64,000 bases of DNA, taken from NCBI GenBank assembly GCA_964199315.1, contig OZ116701.1, positions 25,544,001 to 25,608,000 on the forward strand, written 5' to 3'. Origin of the DNA: Orbicella franksi (Eukaryota). The notes under the pieces were generated by a model. That model had not been told where the DNA came from, ran no database searches, and saw nothing but the letters and a program-made list of their open reading frames with translations. Positions within the stretch are counted from its first letter, which is position 1. The number at the start of each line of letters is the position of its first letter. Shown here one piece after another: positions 61,196-64,000 of this stretch. The position numbers and the translations under genes were made by a program.

Positions 61196-64000
61196 TCTTT
61201 TTGTGCCCGTATGCCACCGTGTGCACGCCGTCGTCAGCCATCCACCGCTTCGTGTCGAACGCCGACAGCGAGGCCTTCTCCACGCGCACGCCGTAGATCT
61301 CGTGGCCCTCGCTTCGCAAGATGTTCATCCCGTGACAGAACTGCTTTCTCTCAAAGAACGCCTCTTTGTACTGCTCATGCTGGATCTCTTTTTTTTTACG
61401 AAATTTTTTCACGCCTTTCGCTTTTTTGATGTTTTCTTTTTCTTCTATGATCGAGTACATTTTCGACCGTATCGCCACCGCTTCAGCGATCACCCTCCCC
61501 GCGCACTCGTCTTTCATTTTGCCCAATACCTTTTTGTTTTCACCGCTGTAGACCGGGTGATCTTTGGGGTAGTTGCTCGTGTCGTACAGCGCCAGGTCTT
61601 CCACCATGTCTCTGTATATGTCGTCCGTCTCGATGAGCAGGCTGTCGGTGTCTGTGTAGATCAGCTCGCATTTCTCCCCATATCGGGCTTTCATCTGGTT
61701 GTAGAAGAAGTCGTACATCAACATCTTGCTGTTCTCCAAGATCGTCATGCCGGTGTCTATCGGCTTATCCAAGAACAGTCGCGTTTTGTGCATGTGGATG
61801 CCTGCCAGGTCGCTTACGTATATATGAAAGCCTCCGTACGAGGCGCTGGCCGTCAGGCGGCGTCTCTTTTCTTCCTCCCAGCTCCGGACTATCTTCACGT
61901 CGACGCGGTTGCATAGGTTTTCCATCGTTTTGCCGAACACCGAGTTGTTCATCAGCTCGTAGAAGTTTGTTTCGAAGTCGCTCTTCGCCTCTTTCCTGAA
62001 CTCTGTGATCATTCTGATGTAGGGCTCTATCCACCGCTCCTGGTCGAACTCCAGTACTTGGTGGACGGTTTTCAAACGCATTCCCTGTTTCAGGTATAGC
62101 TGCAGGTTCCGGTAATGGACCACGTACTTTTCTTTGCTCTCCAGAGTGAGCACCAGTTTCTCGCTTGTCGGGAAGTCCAGCCCCAGATCTTCCATCATTC
62201 TCTTTTGGTAACCTGACATCTTTTCTGCCCCGATGAACTTCTTCTCGGGCGCGAGCGGGTAGCTGTTGTGAGCTTCGTGGAGCTCCTCTGGATACTCAAG
62301 GTCCACCTCCAAGATCCAGCCTAAGTGCGAGTTTTCTTTCATTTTCATTATTTGCTCTTCCATCGGCATCACTCGCTTCCACTTGAAGCCTCCTTTCGGC
62401 AGCGGCAGGCTCATGGCCCAGCCATACAGGTTGTTCGCGTCCAAGTACGTAATGTATTTGTTCGGCTTGCTTGGGTCATAGTCGGCCGCCCGCGAGTTGT
62501 TCGCCTTCGCGTACCGCTTGCTTGCCATCGAGATGCCGCCTCGCATGCCTTTTTCGATAAAAAGGTGCATGTCCAGGTCTGTCAAGAGCTCCAGCTCGAC
62601 GCCGGTCTTTTTCAACAGTACATCCCAGCTCAGACCGGGAGCTGTGTAATAGTGCGCGGGGTCGAGCCCGTACTTTTCCATGCAAACTTTTCGGAAGTTT
62701 TCGAATACGTCGACCAGCAACACCACGTCGGTTTTTACATACAAGTCGTGGTAGTCGCCAAGGGTCTTGCAGCCGAAAGCGGCCCACACGGCCTGGACGT
62801 GGGCGTACTCTTCTTCGGTTATCCCTTTGCCTGACAGCTTTGAATAAAACTCTTCTTTTGGCGGCAGCCCTGCCTCGGCGAAACTTTCGAACCCGTCCAT
62901 GTACTCGTACGGGTAGATTCCTTTCAGCATCAGCTTCCTCTTTTCTTCGTCTTGACACAGCTTTTCTATAATTTTCATGTCTTCCGGCGCGTTTCCCTTT
63001 ACCAGCCCATCGAGGCTGCTCATCATGAAGTTCAGGCTGTCTTTGAATGTAAGGGTTTCAATCGAAAAGGAGACGTATTTCTCCATGTTGTTCGGGATGC
63101 AGTTTATTTCCCCCTGCATCCGCGCCATGGCCTGCATCAACAGGTGGCCGTCGTAGCCCTTCAGATTGTGGAAGATCACTGGTATCGGCGCCGTTTTAGG
63201 CTTTATGCCTAGCTTTAGGTTGGTATTTTCCTGTTATGTGGCAGTGGTCTTTCACCGCATCTCTGTATCCGTTTACCAGCAGCGGGGTCCTGCAATATAC
63301 ACACGCTTCGGTGTCGTGGCCTTTTGGCTTCCTTTCTCTTCTTAGGCCCACGAACCCCTTTTGTGTCTTTGATCGCAATAATAACCTGTGTTGGGGTCGT
63401 ACACGCCAAATGCATCTCTGCCTGCCTTTACCACGCTTTCGTTGCAGATGTGGAATTGTGTTGCGGCCTTGTACTTGGCCCAATCCTTTCTCGTCATGAC
63501 TATCGGCTTTGGGGTGGCTAGCTCGGCCCTCATCGCCTTTTCGTGGTTCTGGAGGCTCATAAGAAACCTGTAAACCGCGTCTTCCCCGCGGTACCCGTAC
63601 GGGCTGTGCGTCTGGCCGTCGCTTCTCACGATTACATATGAAAAGCCACAGGGCTCGTGGACCTCTGTTTTGATCGTCACCTGGTTTTCTTTGGCGCAGC
63701 CGCGGATCTTCCTTATCAAAGACTCAAAGTCGGCGTACACCACGAACGGCGCTTTCATCTGCTTGTGATGGTTCTTGAACCTGACTTTGTTTTCATCCTC
63801 TTTGGGCAACTCGGTCCTTGTGGGGCGTTTCAGCTGCCCCATGCATTCCGGTTTGTGCCTTTCCAGCAGCTCCGCCGTCTTGTATCCGTGCAGACATCGT
63901 TCGCAGAAATGTTTGACACCCCCATGCTTGCTTTGGCCATGCAGCAGTGCGCTCAGCCTTCTCACATAAGTATAATGAGATTTTTCTCCGTCTTCTATCA
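61158..64000 (-). pseudogene. Protein-primed family B DNA polymerase (pPolB); C-terminal 673 aa open, upstream part frameshifted and running off the window
   Basis: YADFES, DHCHITGKY, FHNLKGYDGH, DSLNFM, YPYEY, YLDANNLYGWAMS, LMNNSVFGKTMEN, YTDTDSL, KAKGVK. Confidence 0.97.

Larger units (their letters stand above)
50093..64000. mobile_element. Endogenous Maverick/Polinton (adintovirus-like) element, decayed, continues beyond the window; left boundary approximate
   Basis: Intronless, densely packed, GC/CpG-richer region encoding pPolB, a retroviral-type integrase, MCP, mCP and an ATPase remnant. Confidence 0.95.

Noticed and set aside
54628-62958. Many long antisense or alternate-frame ORFs inside the Maverick (e.g. 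55517-56266, 61092-61916, 62325-62834)
   Set aside because: Shadow ORFs of GC-richer coding sequence with no motifs.

Overview
Eukaryotic, intron-containing, repeat-rich DNA. The repeat families and gene style suggest a cnidarian (coral-like) genome; that is an inference. Host genes are sparse: five C-terminal exons of an FGFR/RET-like receptor tyrosine kinase (1989-4588, +) and a probable first coding exon of a secreted anosmin-1-like protein (44794-44934, +). Most of the rest is mobile DNA: a ~122-bp satellite; a decayed DIRS-type tyrosine-recombinase retrotransposon; three related decayed DDD transposon remnants (tentatively Sola3-like), one with ~720-bp inverted arms; a 739-bp element with a 5-bp TSD and a Chapaev/RAG1-type N-terminal motif; a gag-pro-only Ty3/Gypsy element with both LTRs; and MITEs of several superfamilies. 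From ~50.1 kb to the window end lies an endogenous Maverick/Polinton (adintovirus-like) virus with pPolB, integrase, major and minor capsid genes, an ATPase remnant fused to the MCP, several membrane-type proteins (one with tandem PPxY motifs missed by the ORF track), twin perfect hairpins and an inverted 37-bp duplicated gene start. All calls come from reading the sequence and recalled motifs; no database search was run.
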